From Flavobacteriales bacterium (GTDB taxonomy: Bacteria > Bacteroidota > Bacteroidia > Flavobacteriales > BACL11), in contig DUAO01000013.1 of the NCBI GenBank assembly GCA_012960805.1, positions 1 through 38,847 of the forward strand: DNA of 38,847 nt, given 5' to 3'. Of this stretch, positions 1 to 9,793 are shown one piece after another. The notes beneath the pieces are model-generated. The model did no database searches, was not told the DNA's origin, and worked only from the letters and a program-made list of their open reading frames with translations. Positions within the stretch are counted from its first letter, which is position 1. Each line of letters starts with the position of its first letter. Both the position numbers and the translations under genes were made by a program.

Positions 1-21
1 TAATAAATTATATTTTTTCAT
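1..21 (-). CDS. 5' fragment of a gene running off the left edge (MKKYNLL..., signal-peptide-like start)
   Basis: ATG at 21-19 on the minus strand, with a TACTTTTG -7 box at 43-50 upstream. Only 7 codons are visible. Confidence 0.5.
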
Positions 22-42
22 GATTAATTTTTAAATTATTAA

Positions 43-50
43 CAAAAGTA
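43..50 (-). promoter_or_regulatory. Bacteroidota primary-sigma -7 box (TACTTTTG) for the gene leaving the window
   Basis: Plus-strand CAAAAGTA matches TAnnTTTG on the minus strand in an intergenic gap. Confidence 0.55.
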
Positions 51-80
51 CTAAAAAATAAATAAAAATCAATTTTTTTA

Positions 81-641
81 CTAATGTTGTAAGGCAGCCT
101 CATTCAATTCTTTATACCAAGCCTCACCATATTTACGAATAAGTGGTTCTTTCAAAAAAATATAAACCGGAATTTCTAATTCACTACCACATTTACAGGC
201 AGGCTCACAAATCTTAATTTTCTCATAATTTACCGCATCAAAATCACGATACTGTTTTATGCGTATCGGAAATAAATGGCAAGAAATTGGTTTTTTAAAA
301 TCTGTTTTACCATCCAAATACGCTTTTTCAATAGTGCATTTTGTAATTCCATTTTCAAAAGTTACAAAAGCACATTCACAGTTATTTACTAGCGGAGTGG
401 TCAAATCACCATCCGCATCATATACAGCAACTCCCTGATTTTCAATCTCAGTAATTCCTTCTTTTCTCATATAAGGTTTTACTTTCTCGTAAATTTCATC
501 TAGTATCTTTTCTTCCTCTTTTAATAGTGGCGCACCAGAATCTCCCTCTACACAGCAAGCCCCTTTACATGCATTTAAATCACAAACAAAATGCTTTTCA
601 AAAACATCCAAAGAAATTATTTTATCCTCTACTTGAATCAT
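81..641 (-). CDS. DUF3109 family Cys-rich protein (putative Fe-S/Zn binding)
   Basis: FVCDLNACKGACCVEGDSGAPL, CAF, C.IEKAY and KPISCHLFPIR motifs typical of Bacteroidota DUF3109. Confidence 0.85.
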   Translation of the reverse strand: MIQVEDKIISLDVFEKHFVCDLNACKGACCVEGDSGAPLLKEEEKILDEIYEKVKPYMRKEGITEIENQGVAVYDADGDLTTPLVNNCECAFVTFENGITKCTIEKAYLDGKTDFKKPISCHLFPIRIKQYRDFDAVNYEKIKICEPACKCGSELEIPVYIFLKEPLIRKYGEAWYKELNEAALQH

Positions 642-645
642 AAAG

Positions 646-653
646 CAAAACTA
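646..653 (-). promoter_or_regulatory. -7 box TAGTTTTG for the DUF3109 gene
   Basis: Exact TAnnTTTG match, 4 nt upstream of the ATG at 641. Confidence 0.7.
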
Positions 654-664
654 CAATAAATTAC

Positions 665-672
665 TACTTTTG
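665..672 (+). promoter_or_regulatory. -7 box TACTTTTG for glyQS
   Basis: Exact TAnnTTTG match, 4 nt upstream of the ATG at 677. Confidence 0.7.
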
Positions 673-676
673 TAGC

Positions 677-2212
677 ATGGCAAATTATGAAGATGTCTTT
701 AAAAAAGTAGTAGCGCATTGCAAAGAGTATGGTTATGTATTCCAATCCTCAGAAATTTATGATGGTTTAGCGGCCGCTTATGATTATGGCCCTAATGGAG
801 TAGAATTAAAAAACAACATCAAAAACTATTGGTGGAAATCAATGGTGAATATGCATGAAAATATTGTAGGATTAGATTCTGCCATTTTTATGCACCCTAC
901 TACTTGGAAAGCCTCTGGACATGTAGATGCTTTTAACGACCCTTTAATTGATAATAAAGATTCAAAAAAAAGATACCGTGCAGATGTGCTTATTGAAGAT
1001 CATATTGCTAAAATTGAAGCTAAAATTGAAAAAGATTGTGTAAAAGCAACCAAGCGTTTTGGAGATGCTTTTAATAGAGAAGAATTTATTTCTACAAATG
1101 GTAGAATTTTGGAAAGACAAAAACAAATTGATTCAATAAAAGAGAAAATGAATATTGCACTTACTTCTGGTAAATTAGAAGATGTAAAATCATTAATTGA
1201 AGAATTAGATATTAAATGTCCTGTTTCGGGAACAAATAATTGGACGGATGTTCGTCAGTTTAACCTGATGTTTAAAACCCAAATTGGGGCTACTGCTGAT
1301 GGTGCTTCTGACCTTTATTTAAGACCAGAAACTGCACAAGGTATTTTTGTAAACTTCCTAAATGTTCAGAAAACTGCCCGCATGAAAATTCCTTTTGGAA
1401 TTGCTCAGATTGGAAAAGCATTCCGTAATGAAATTGTTGCGCGTCAGTTTATTTTCCGTATGCGTGAATTTGAACAAATGGAAATGCAATTTTTTGTTCG
1501 TCCAGGAGAAGAAATGAAATGGTACGCTTATTGGAAAGATTTCCGAATGAAATGGCATAATTCTTTAGGGATGGGAGAAGAGAATTATCGTTTTCATGAT
1601 CATGAAAATTTAGCGCATTATGCCAATGCTGCTGCCGATATTGAATTCAAATTCCCATTCGGATTTAAAGAATTAGAAGGCATTCATTCCCGTACTGATT
1701 TTGATTTAAAAGCACACCAAGAACATTCTGGAAAAAAATTACAATATTTTGACCCAGAAATTGAAGAAAACTATGTGCCTTATGTAGTCGAAACATCAAT
1801 TGGATTAGACAGAATGTTTCTTGCTGTTTTAAGTCACTCTTTTCGTGAAGAAGATCTAGAAAATGGAGAAAGTAGAGTGGTATTAAAAATCCCTGCTTTA
1901 CTAGCTCCTTTAAAAGCTGCTGTCCTGCCACTAACTAAAAAAGATAGGATGCCAGAAAAAGCAAGAGAAATCATGAAGTCACTTCAGTTAGATTTCAATT
2001 GCCAATATGAAGAAAAAGATTCTATTGGGAAAAGATACAGAAGACAAGATGCAATTGGAACACCTTTCTGTATTACTGTTGATCATCAAACTTTAGAAGA
2101 CAATACAGTTACTTTACGAGACAGAGACACAATGAAACAAGAAAGAGTTTCAGTTGAGAAATTGCATTCAATTATTGCGGAGAAAGTAACTATTGCTAAA
2201 TATTTAGCTTAG
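677..2212 (+). CDS. glyQS: Glycine--tRNA ligase, alpha2 (homodimeric) type
   Basis: YDYGPNGVELK, LRPETAQGIF, class II motif 2 FRNEI...FRMREFEQME, and C-terminal anticodon domain SIGKRYRRQDAIGTPF. Confidence 0.97.
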   Translation: MANYEDVFKKVVAHCKEYGYVFQSSEIYDGLAAAYDYGPNGVELKNNIKNYWWKSMVNMHENIVGLDSAIFMHPTTWKASGHVDAFNDPLIDNKDSKKRYRADVLIEDHIAKIEAKIEKDCVKATKRFGDAFNREEFISTNGRILERQKQIDSIKEKMNIALTSGKLEDVKSLIEELDIKCPVSGTNNWTDVRQFNLMFKTQIGATADGASDLYLRPETAQGIFVNFLNVQKTARMKIPFGIAQIGKAFRNEIVARQFIFRMREFEQMEMQFFVRPGEEMKWYAYWKDFRMKWHNSLGMGEENYRFHDHENLAHYANAAADIEFKFPFGFKELEGIHSRTDFDLKAHQEHSGKKLQYFDPEIEENYVPYVVETSIGLDRMFLAVLSHSFREEDLENGESRVVLKIPALLAPLKAAVLPLTKKDRMPEKAREIMKSLQLDFNCQYEEKDSIGKRYRRQDAIGTPFCITVDHQTLEDNTVTLRDRDTMKQERVSVEKLHSIIAEKVTIAKYLA

Positions 2213-2562
2213 TTTGCTCCTTCAGTAGTCACTGAAATTTTATCAAAAGCAGCATCAATTGGAGGTTGGATTTTTTCCACCTCAACTTTAACTTTTTGCA
2301 CTTTGTGTAGGGGTAAAATTGCATCTACAATTCTTTTGGCAGGATGTTCTATCATGTTGGAGCGAATTGCCATTTGCTCTTTTACAATCTCAATGATTTT
2401 TACATAGTCCACTGTATCATTCAAGTCGTCTGTTTTTTCAACTTCAGAAGTATCTGCAGTAACCCAGACACTTACAATAAAATGTCCCCCCAAAACTGCT
2501 TCTTCTGGCAAATGACCATGATGCCCAAAAACTCGCATTCCTTCTACCGTAATCAATCCCAT
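2209..2562 (-). CDS. folB: Dihydroneopterin aldolase
   Basis: GHHG..PEE..LG, DDLNDTVDY, IEH.A and V.VEK..PPI motifs; 117 aa. Confidence 0.92.
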   Translation of the reverse strand: MGLITVEGMRVFGHHGHLPEEAVLGGHFIVSVWVTADTSEVEKTDDLNDTVDYVKIIEIVKEQMAIRSNMIEHPAKRIVDAILPLHKVQKVKVEVEKIQPPIDAAFDKISVTTEGAN

Positions 2563-4085
2563 CAGTTGATTTTTTCTAAAGCAGTTTCCATTCTTTGTAT
2601 CGTCTCTTCTTTTCCTAAAAGAGACGCTATATCAAAAAGAGATGGTCCCATTCCAAGTCCTGTTAAAGAAACCCTAAAAGCAGGCAATAACATTCCCATT
2701 CCTAGTTCGTTTTCTTCCAAATATTTTTTAAATTCTATTTCAATACTTTCAGATGAAAAATCTGATAATTCTTCCAATCTATCTTTTAATTCTGACATAT
2801 ATTTTGGAGTATCTTCTTTCCATTTTTTACGAATAGTTTTTTCATCATAAGAAGTAGGTGCAACAAAATAATATTTTCCTCCCTCCCACATATCTTTTAC
2901 AAAAGTGGCTCTTTCTTTTAATTGCTCGCAAACTTCCTGTACAAAACTATCTTCTTCCTCTACCCCATTTTCTTTTAAAATTATTTGCAACTCTTGCGCT
3001 AAATCTTCTTTGGTTTTTGCTCTTAAATATTGCTGATTGAACCATCTTGTTTTATCAAAATCAAATTTAGCTCCTGCCTTTCCTACTCTCTCTAAAGTGA
3101 AGCTTTCTATCATTTCTTCCATTGAGAAAATCTCTTGTGTAGTACCTGGATTCCATCCTAAAAAGGACAACATATTAATAACAGCTTCCGAAATATATCC
3201 GCTTTCTCTGTACCCCGAACTAATTTCTTTTGTTTCAGGATTCGTCCACTGAGTTGGGAATACTGGGAACCCTAATCTATCTCCATCTCTTTTACTAAGT
3301 TTTCCGTTTCCATCTGGCTTTAAGATAAGTGGTAAATGTGCAAATTGCGGCATTACATCTTCCCATCCTAAATATCGGTACATCAAAACATGTAAAGGAG
3401 CAGAAGGCAACCACTCTTCTCCTCTAATTACATGCGAAATTTTCATTAAATAATCATCCACCACATTTGCTAAATGATAAGTTGGCATGCCGTCTGATTT
3501 AAAGATAACTTTATCGTCCATATTATTGGTGTTTACCACTACCCATCCCCTGATAATATCGTTTAGTTTTACCTCTTCATTTCTAGGCATTTTTATACGA
3601 ATAACATACTCATCCCCTGCTTTCATTCTTTTATTCACTTCATCTTCCGAAAGGGCTAAAGAGTTTTGCATTGTAGATCTAGTTACTGTATTATATTGTG
3701 GTGAAGGAACGCCTGCAGCCTTCATTCTTTCACGCATTGCAGTCAACTCTTCTGAAGTATCAAATGCATAATAGGCAAAACCATGTTTTATCAATTGCTC
3801 GGCATATGGCAAATACAAATGTTTTCTTTCTGATTGTTTGTACGGACCGAAATCTCCCCCTTCTACTTCACTTTCATCAAATTCAATACCACACCATTTT
3901 AAGGAATCTACAATGTATTCTTCTGCCCCCTCTACAAATCGTGCTTGATCAGTATCTTCCACGCGCAAAATCATCTTTCCTGCTTGATTTTTGGCGAAAA
4001 GGTAGTTATACAGTGCGGTTCTCACTCCTCCAATATGTAACGGTCCGGTAGGACTAGGGGCAAATCTTACTCTTACTTCTGACAT
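2562..4085 (-). CDS. gltX: Glutamate--tRNA ligase
   Basis: RFAPSPTGPLHIGG (HIGH), HVIRGEEW, KLSKR (KMSKS) and a helical anticodon domain. Confidence 0.97.
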   Translation of the reverse strand: MSEVRVRFAPSPTGPLHIGGVRTALYNYLFAKNQAGKMILRVEDTDQARFVEGAEEYIVDSLKWCGIEFDESEVEGGDFGPYKQSERKHLYLPYAEQLIKHGFAYYAFDTSEELTAMRERMKAAGVPSPQYNTVTRSTMQNSLALSEDEVNKRMKAGDEYVIRIKMPRNEEVKLNDIIRGWVVVNTNNMDDKVIFKSDGMPTYHLANVVDDYLMKISHVIRGEEWLPSAPLHVLMYRYLGWEDVMPQFAHLPLILKPDGNGKLSKRDGDRLGFPVFPTQWTNPETKEISSGYRESGYISEAVINMLSFLGWNPGTTQEIFSMEEMIESFTLERVGKAGAKFDFDKTRWFNQQYLRAKTKEDLAQELQIILKENGVEEEDSFVQEVCEQLKERATFVKDMWEGGKYYFVAPTSYDEKTIRKKWKEDTPKYMSELKDRLEELSDFSSESIEIEFKKYLEENELGMGMLLPAFRVSLTGLGMGPSLFDIASLLGKEETIQRMETALEKIN

Positions 4086-4106
4086 TTTAGTTTAAGTTTT
4101 GGGCTG

Positions 4107-4114
4107 CAAAGATA
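4107..4114 (-). promoter_or_regulatory. -7 box TATCTTTG for gltX-folB
   Basis: Plus-strand GCAAAGATA reads TATCTTTGC on the minus strand, upstream of the gltX ATG at 4085. Confidence 0.75.
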
Positions 4115-4159
4115 AGATTTATCAGGTAATAGAGTTTTATGATAAGCCGTTAAAAGTTG

Positions 4160-4167
4160 TACTTTTG
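4160..4167 (+). promoter_or_regulatory. -7 box TACTTTTG for the DUF4175-ybeY-mnmG-methyltransferase unit
   Basis: Exact TAnnTTTG match, 5 nt before the ATG at 4173. Confidence 0.65.
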
Positions 4168-4172
4168 TAAAA

Positions 4173-7100
4173 ATGAATACTCAGCCCAAAATAGAACTGT
4201 TTAGAAAACTAAATGCATTTGTTAAACGATTTTATACCAACCAGCTAATTAAGGGAGGTATTTATTCTATTGCTGTACTTACCATCTTTTTTATTATCTT
4301 TTCAATTGCTGAATATTTTACAAAATTTGATGTAGGAATGCGTACTTTTTTATTCTGGATCTATCTTATTATTAATACCCTAATAGCTGTAAAATATATT
4401 GCTATTCCTATTCTCCATTTATTTAGTCTTGGCAAAACGCTAACACACAAACAGGCGGCTAAAATTATAGGAACTCATTTTAGTGAAATAGGAGACAAAT
4501 TGCTAAATATTCTGGAATTACAAGAAATGAGTGAGGCGGATAATGCATTAATAAATGCCAGTATCCAGCAGAAAATTAAAACTATAAAGCCAATTGCATT
4601 TGCAAATGCAATCAAGTATTCTGACAACAAGAAATATGCAAAATGGGTGCTTATTCCAGTTGCTATCATTTTACTTTTTATCATTTCCGGGAAGCAATAC
4701 ATTCTTACCGAAAGCTCCGCTAGAATTTTAAAACACAATACTTTTTTTGAGCCAAAAGCCCCATTTGAATATATCATTCTGAATTCTAAATTAGAAGTAA
4801 TCCAATATGCCGATTATCCGCTAGCAATCGAAATGGAAGGTCATGAGATTCCTAGTGAAGTGTTTATTGTAATTAATGGAAATTCATTTCGCATAAAAAG
4901 CAATAGTAGCACTACATTCGAATATCTTTTTAAGGCAGTAAATGAGGATATTTCATTTCAATTTTTAGCAGGAGGTTATCATAGTAATTATTATACATTA
5001 AAAGCCCTTCCACAACCTAAGGTTGTTGATCTTAGCGTGTTTTTGAACTATCCAAGCTATACCAAAATTAAAGATGAGAGTATTAAAAATAATGGCGATT
5101 TAATTATTTCTGAAGGCACAATAGTGCTCTGGGATGCAAGCGTTCAAAACACTAAAAACGTAACTCTAGTTTTTTCTGGAAGTCAGCACAGTCAAAATAC
5201 AGATAAGACGTTTAGTTATAAAAAACAGTTTTTCAACAGCACTACTTATCAAATTATCACCCTAAATGAGTATCAACTGAGTGATAGCTTATCTTATTTT
5301 ATAAAAGTAATTCCTGATGCCTTCCCTTTGATTAAGGTAAATCAAAATTTTGATAGTACAAATGCTCAATTTTTGTTTAATGGCGAAATTGAGGATGACT
5401 ATCTGTTGCAAAAACTAACTTTTAATTATCGAATTACTAGCAATGACACAAATCCTTTAGTCAGTCAAAAAATACCAATTAAGCAACTCTCAAAAGAACT
5501 CTTCTTCTTTACCTTTAAGTTTGATGAATTGCAATTAGCTGCCGGAACTGGAATTGAGTACTATTTTGAAGTGTGGGATAATGACGGTATAAATGGCTCA
5601 AAAAACACAAAAAGCAATCATTTTTTATACAAAGAAGCCAGCAAAGAAGAGTTAATTGCAAAAAAAGATGCCGAGAATGACAAAACAAAAAGCGGACTCA
5701 ATAAATCAATTGCACTTGCTGATGAAATACAAAAAGACATTGCAGAACTAAACAAATCCATCTTAGAAAAGAAAGAAATAAGCTGGGAACAACAGCAGAA
5801 AGCAAAAGAAATACTAAAAAAGCAAAAGCAACTACAACAGCAAATAAAACAAACGCAACAGAAAAATAGCGATAACCTTAAAAACAAAGAGAAATTAAAT
5901 TCATCAATACTTGAAAAACAAAAAAAACTAGAGGAATTAATGAATAAAGTTCTGGATGAAGAAATGAAAAAACTCCTACAAGAAATGGAGGAAATGATGG
6001 ACAACGCTGACAAGGAAAAACTAAAAGATTTACTAGATAAATTAGATGAACAGAACATAGATTTAGAAAAAGAATTAGACCGAGAATTAGAGCTTTTCAA
6101 GCAATTAGAATTTGAACAAAAAGTAGAGGAAATCCTTGAAAAAATAGAAGAGCTAAAAAAAGAGCAAGAAAACTTAAAAGCAGAAACAGAACAAGGTAAA
6201 ACTAATAAAGAGGAACTTGCGGACAAACAGGAAGAGCTAAGTAAAAAAATGGAAGATTTGCAAAAAGATTTGCAAGACTTAAGAAAGAAAAATATGGAGT
6301 TGGAAGAAAAAAATAAACTTCCTGACACTAAGGCTAATGAAGAAGATGTAAAAGAAAAAATGAAGGAAAGTAAGGATGCTCTTCAGCAAGGAAAGAAAAA
6401 GAAAGCACAGAAAGCACAAAAAAAAGCGATAGAAGAATTAGAAGAGATAGAGCAACAATTGCAAAGCATGCAACAAAGTAGTGGGGAGGACAAACCAATA
6501 GAAGATATGGAGACCTTAAGAAAAATTCTAGAAAACTTAGTTACTCTTTCTTTTGATCAAGAAAGCCTAATGCAGACTGCCAGAAATACCCCAAGAAACA
6601 GTGCTGAATTTATAAAAATTGTTCAGAGGCAAAACAAACTAGCTGATGATAGTCAAATCATTGAAGATTCTTTATTAGCCCTTAGCAAAAGAGTAGTTCA
6701 GATACAAGCCACTATAAATAAAGAAATTTCTGCTATCAAGAATAATATGAATAAAGCAACTCAGGAGCTAGAAGAAAGACAAGTTGAAAAAGCAGCAAAA
6801 CGACAACAATTGGTAATGATGTCAACAAATAATTTGGCTTTACTTTTAGCAGAGATATTGGAGCAAATGCAAAAAAATTTAGAAATGCTCCCTTCACAAT
6901 GTAACAGACCTAAAAATTGTAATAAGCCAAATCCTAATTGCACAAAACCCTCAATGTCACAACTAAAAGAAGCTCAAAAGAAGCTCAATAAAGAAATGAA
7001 AAAGGGTAAGAGCGGAAAGAAAGGGGAAAAGAAGGGAGAGCAAGAAGCAAAAAAATTAATGCAATTAGCAAAAAAACAAGAGGCTATCAGAAAACAACTA

Positions 7101-7472
7101 ATGAAATTAAGAGATGAGCAAGGTAAAAATGGGGAGAAAGGAAAGATTGACAAGATATTAGAGGATATGGAGAAAAATGAAGTAGATATCATCAACAACC
7201 GAATAACGCGAGAAACATTAGCAAGGCAAGAAGAAATTCTCACTCGTTTACTTGAAGCTGAAAAGGCTGAAAGAGAACAGGAAGAAGATGATAAAAGAAA
7301 ATCAACAGAATGGAATTTTACTCCAGATAATACTACTGAGCAATACCTTGATTACAAAAAGCAAAAACAGCAACAGGAAGAACTTTTAAAAACTACACCT
7401 GTACAGCTAAAGCCTTATTACAAAAAAAAGGTAAATACTTATTTCAATACTTTAATCAAGGAAGAAAAATGA
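4173..7472 (+). CDS. DUF4175-like membrane protein (3 N-terminal TM segments, beta-rich domains, long coiled coil)
   Basis: IIG.HF.EI.DKLLNILEL, YYFEVWDND, K/E/Q-rich coiled coil, ILTRLLEAEKAEREQ and L.PYYKKKV..YF terminus; upstream of ybeY as is usual in Bacteroidota. Confidence 0.8.
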   Translation: MNTQPKIELFRKLNAFVKRFYTNQLIKGGIYSIAVLTIFFIIFSIAEYFTKFDVGMRTFLFWIYLIINTLIAVKYIAIPILHLFSLGKTLTHKQAAKIIGTHFSEIGDKLLNILELQEMSEADNALINASIQQKIKTIKPIAFANAIKYSDNKKYAKWVLIPVAIILLFIISGKQYILTESSARILKHNTFFEPKAPFEYIILNSKLEVIQYADYPLAIEMEGHEIPSEVFIVINGNSFRIKSNSSTTFEYLFKAVNEDISFQFLAGGYHSNYYTLKALPQPKVVDLSVFLNYPSYTKIKDESIKNNGDLIISEGTIVLWDASVQNTKNVTLVFSGSQHSQNTDKTFSYKKQFFNSTTYQIITLNEYQLSDSLSYFIKVIPDAFPLIKVNQNFDSTNAQFLFNGEIEDDYLLQKLTFNYRITSNDTNPLVSQKIPIKQLSKELFFFTFKFDELQLAAGTGIEYYFEVWDNDGINGSKNTKSNHFLYKEASKEELIAKKDAENDKTKSGLNKSIALADEIQKDIAELNKSILEKKEISWEQQQKAKEILKKQKQLQQQIKQTQQKNSDNLKNKEKLNSSILEKQKKLEELMNKVLDEEMKKLLQEMEEMMDNADKEKLKDLLDKLDEQNIDLEKELDRELELFKQLEFEQKVEEILEKIEELKKEQENLKAETEQGKTNKEELADKQEELSKKMEDLQKDLQDLRKKNMELEEKNKLPDTKANEEDVKEKMKESKDALQQGKKKKAQKAQKKAIEELEEIEQQLQSMQQSSGEDKPIEDMETLRKILENLVTLSFDQESLMQTARNTPRNSAEFIKIVQRQNKLADDSQIIEDSLLALSKRVVQIQATINKEISAIKNNMNKATQELEERQVEKAAKRQQLVMMSTNNLALLLAEILEQMQKNLEMLPSQCNRPKNCNKPNPNCTKPSMSQLKEAQKKLNKEMKKGKSGKKGEKKGEQEAKKLMQLAKKQEAIRKQLMKLRDEQGKNGEKGKIDKILEDMEKNEVDIINNRITRETLARQEEILTRLLEAEKAEREQEEDDKRKSTEWNFTPDNTTEQYLDYKKQKQQQEELLKTTPVQLKPYYKKKVNTYFNTLIKEEK

Positions 7473-7885
7473 TAGATTATCAATACATAAAAAATCAAGA
7501 ATTAAGTAATGATGAAAAAATTAGTTTGTGGCTTAATAATGTGATTGAAGAAGAGGGGATGCAAATAGGAGAGCTTGTTTATGTATTTTGTAAAGATGAT
7601 TATTTACTTGAAAGAAACATTCAGTTTTTGAACCACAACACACTTACAGATGTGATTACATTCGATTACTGTAAAGGTAAAATTGTTAATGGCGATATTC
7701 TTGTAAGTACCGAAAGAGTAACTGAAAATTCCAAAATCTACAAGGTTAATTATTTAACTGAATTACATAGAGTCATGGTGCATGGATTACTGCATTTGCT
7801 AGGTTATAATGACAAAAATGAAGAGGACATAAGAACTATGCGTAAAAAAGAAAATTATTATTTAAATAAGTTTATTAATAGCTGA
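7469..7885 (+). CDS. ybeY: rRNA maturation endoribonuclease YbeY
   Basis: TDVITFDY, GDI.VS, RVMVHGLLHLLGY and M..KE motifs. Confidence 0.93.
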   Translation: MIDYQYIKNQELSNDEKISLWLNNVIEEEGMQIGELVYVFCKDDYLLERNIQFLNHNTLTDVITFDYCKGKIVNGDILVSTERVTENSKIYKVNYLTELHRVMVHGLLHLLGYNDKNEEDIRTMRKKENYYLNKFINS

Positions 7886-7921
7886 TTTTCAGTTTTTAAA
7901 AATTTATTGATAACAAATATT

Positions 7922-9793
7922 ATGAAATTAGAAGAACAATATGATGTGATTATAGTGGGAGGCGGACATGCTGGCTGTGAAGCGGCACATGCTGCCGCCA
8001 CATTAGGATCAAAAGTATTATTGGTTACGCAGAGTCTAGAAACTCTTGCGCGTATGTCCTGCAACCCAGCTATGGGAGGTGTCGCTAAAGGACAAATAAT
8101 CCGAGAAATTGATGCTTTAGGAGGAATGTCAGCAATAGTAACAGACGCTTCTGCTATTCAATTTAGAATGTTAAACAAAAGTAAAGGGCCTGCTATGTGG
8201 AGTCCAAGAGCACAATGCGACAAAAAAGTATTTGAAAAACAGTGGCGCAAAACTCTTGAAAAAAATAAAAATATTGATTTTTGGCAAGATACAGTAGATA
8301 ACATCACTACTAAAAAAGGAAATGTTACAGGAATTATCACAAAAATGGGGGTAGAAATAAGTGGTAAGAGTGTAGTGCTATGTAGCGGTACATTTTTGAA
8401 TGGCCTCATTCATTTAGGTAAAAAAAATTACAAAGGAGGAAGGGCAGGGGAACCATCAGCTGAAGGTATTACAAAACAATTAATTGAACTTGGGTTTACC
8501 CGAGGGAGGATGAAAACCGGAACGCCACCAAGATTAGATGGTAGAACAATAGATTATTCAGCAACTGAAGAACAGGCAGGAGATGAAAAAACCGTTAGTT
8601 TCTCATACATCACTAAGGAAAAAATAAAAGATCAGCGCTCTTGCTTCATTACCTACACAACCCCTGAAGTACACGCAATATTAAAAGAAGGATTTGAAGA
8701 TTCTCCCATGTTCTCCGGAAGGATAAAAGGTTCAGGACCAAGATATTGCCCTTCTATTGAGGATAAAATAGAGCGTTTTTCTACTAAAGATAGGCATCAA
8801 TTATTTATTGAACCTGAAGGTAGGGATACAATTGAAATTTATTTAAATGGATTTTCAACTTCTTTACCAGAAGACGTTCAATTAAAAGCCCTCAGAAAAA
8901 TAAAAGGATTAGAAAAGGTAAAAATGTTCAGAGCAGGATATGCTATTGAATACGATTATTTTCCGCCAACACAGCTCAAGCACACTTTAGAAACTAAGTT
9001 AGTAAAAAACCTGTTTTTTTGTGGGCAAATAAACGGAACTACAGGCTATGAGGAAGCTGCAGCACAAGGATTAATGGCAGGGATAAATGCGCATCAAAAT
9101 GCCTATGAAAAAAAAGAATTTATCCTTAGTAGATCAGACGCTTACATAGGGGTATTAATAGACGATCTTATTACAAAAGGGACGGAAGAGCCTTATCGAA
9201 TGTTTACATCAAGAGCAGAATATCGTTTGCTTTTAAGACAGGACAATGCCGATATTCGACTTACAAAAAAAGGATATAAGTTAGGGCTAGCTAATGAAGA
9301 AAGGCTGCTACAATTACAAAAGAAAGAAAAAGAAACAGGAAATCTTATTAAATTTTTAGAGAGGCAAAGTATTGATCCAAATGAAATAAATTCAATCCTA
9401 AAGAAGAAAAAAAGCTCAATTTTAAAACAAAAAGTTAAAATTAAAACTATTCTTTCCAGACCTCACATTACAATAAATGACTTATTCGTCTGCAAAGAAC
9501 TAAAGGATTATTTAGATAAAGAAACTCCTAGTTCAGAAGCTATTGAACAAGCAGAAATAGAGATTAAGTATGGTGGTTATCTAAACAAAGAAAAAGAATC
9601 GGTAGCCAAACTAAGCAGACTTGAAAACATAAAAATAGCTGAAGATTTTGAATTTGATAAATTACACTCTATTTCCACTGAAGGCAGAGAAAAGCTAAAA
9701 GCAATACAACCCAAAACTATTGGGCAAGCAACACGAATTAGCGGTGTTTCTCCTTCAGACATAAATGTATTACTAATTTACTTGGGGAGATGA
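7922..9793 (+). CDS. mnmG: tRNA uridine-5-carboxymethylaminomethyl(34) synthesis enzyme MnmG (GidA)
   Basis: YDVIIVGGGHAGCEAA, MSCNPAMGG, KTGTPPR, GPRYCPSIEDK and GQINGTTGYEEAAAQG. ATG at 7922 preferred over TTG at 7907. Confidence 0.98.
   Translation: MKLEEQYDVIIVGGGHAGCEAAHAAATLGSKVLLVTQSLETLARMSCNPAMGGVAKGQIIREIDALGGMSAIVTDASAIQFRMLNKSKGPAMWSPRAQCDKKVFEKQWRKTLEKNKNIDFWQDTVDNITTKKGNVTGIITKMGVEISGKSVVLCSGTFLNGLIHLGKKNYKGGRAGEPSAEGITKQLIELGFTRGRMKTGTPPRLDGRTIDYSATEEQAGDEKTVSFSYITKEKIKDQRSCFITYTTPEVHAILKEGFEDSPMFSGRIKGSGPRYCPSIEDKIERFSTKDRHQLFIEPEGRDTIEIYLNGFSTSLPEDVQLKALRKIKGLEKVKMFRAGYAIEYDYFPPTQLKHTLETKLVKNLFFCGQINGTTGYEEAAAQGLMAGINAHQNAYEKKEFILSRSDAYIGVLIDDLITKGTEEPYRMFTSRAEYRLLLRQDNADIRLTKKGYKLGLANEERLLQLQKKEKETGNLIKFLERQSIDPNEINSILKKKKSSILKQKVKIKTILSRPHITINDLFVCKELKDYLDKETPSSEAIEQAEIEIKYGGYLNKEKESVAKLSRLENIKIAEDFEFDKLHSISTEGREKLKAIQPKTIGQATRISGVSPSDINVLLIYLGR

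Noticed and set aside
36-44. TTATTAACA DnaA-box-like 9-mer
   Set aside because: Isolated, two mismatches to TTATCCACA, and expected by chance in AT-rich DNA.
2344-2850. 168-aa plus-strand ORF across folB/gltX, and the other 60-117 aa nested ORFs in the track
   Set aside because: They lie antisense or out of frame within well-conserved genes and show no recognisable motifs.
6253-6275. Direct repeat AAGATTTGCAA x2
   Set aside because: Explained by the coiled-coil peptide repeat DLQK-DLQD.
5618-6328. 236-aa antisense ORF rich in F/S/C/L (also 6974-7243)
   Set aside because: Shadow of the K/E/Q-rich coiled-coil codons of DUF4175; low complexity and no motif.
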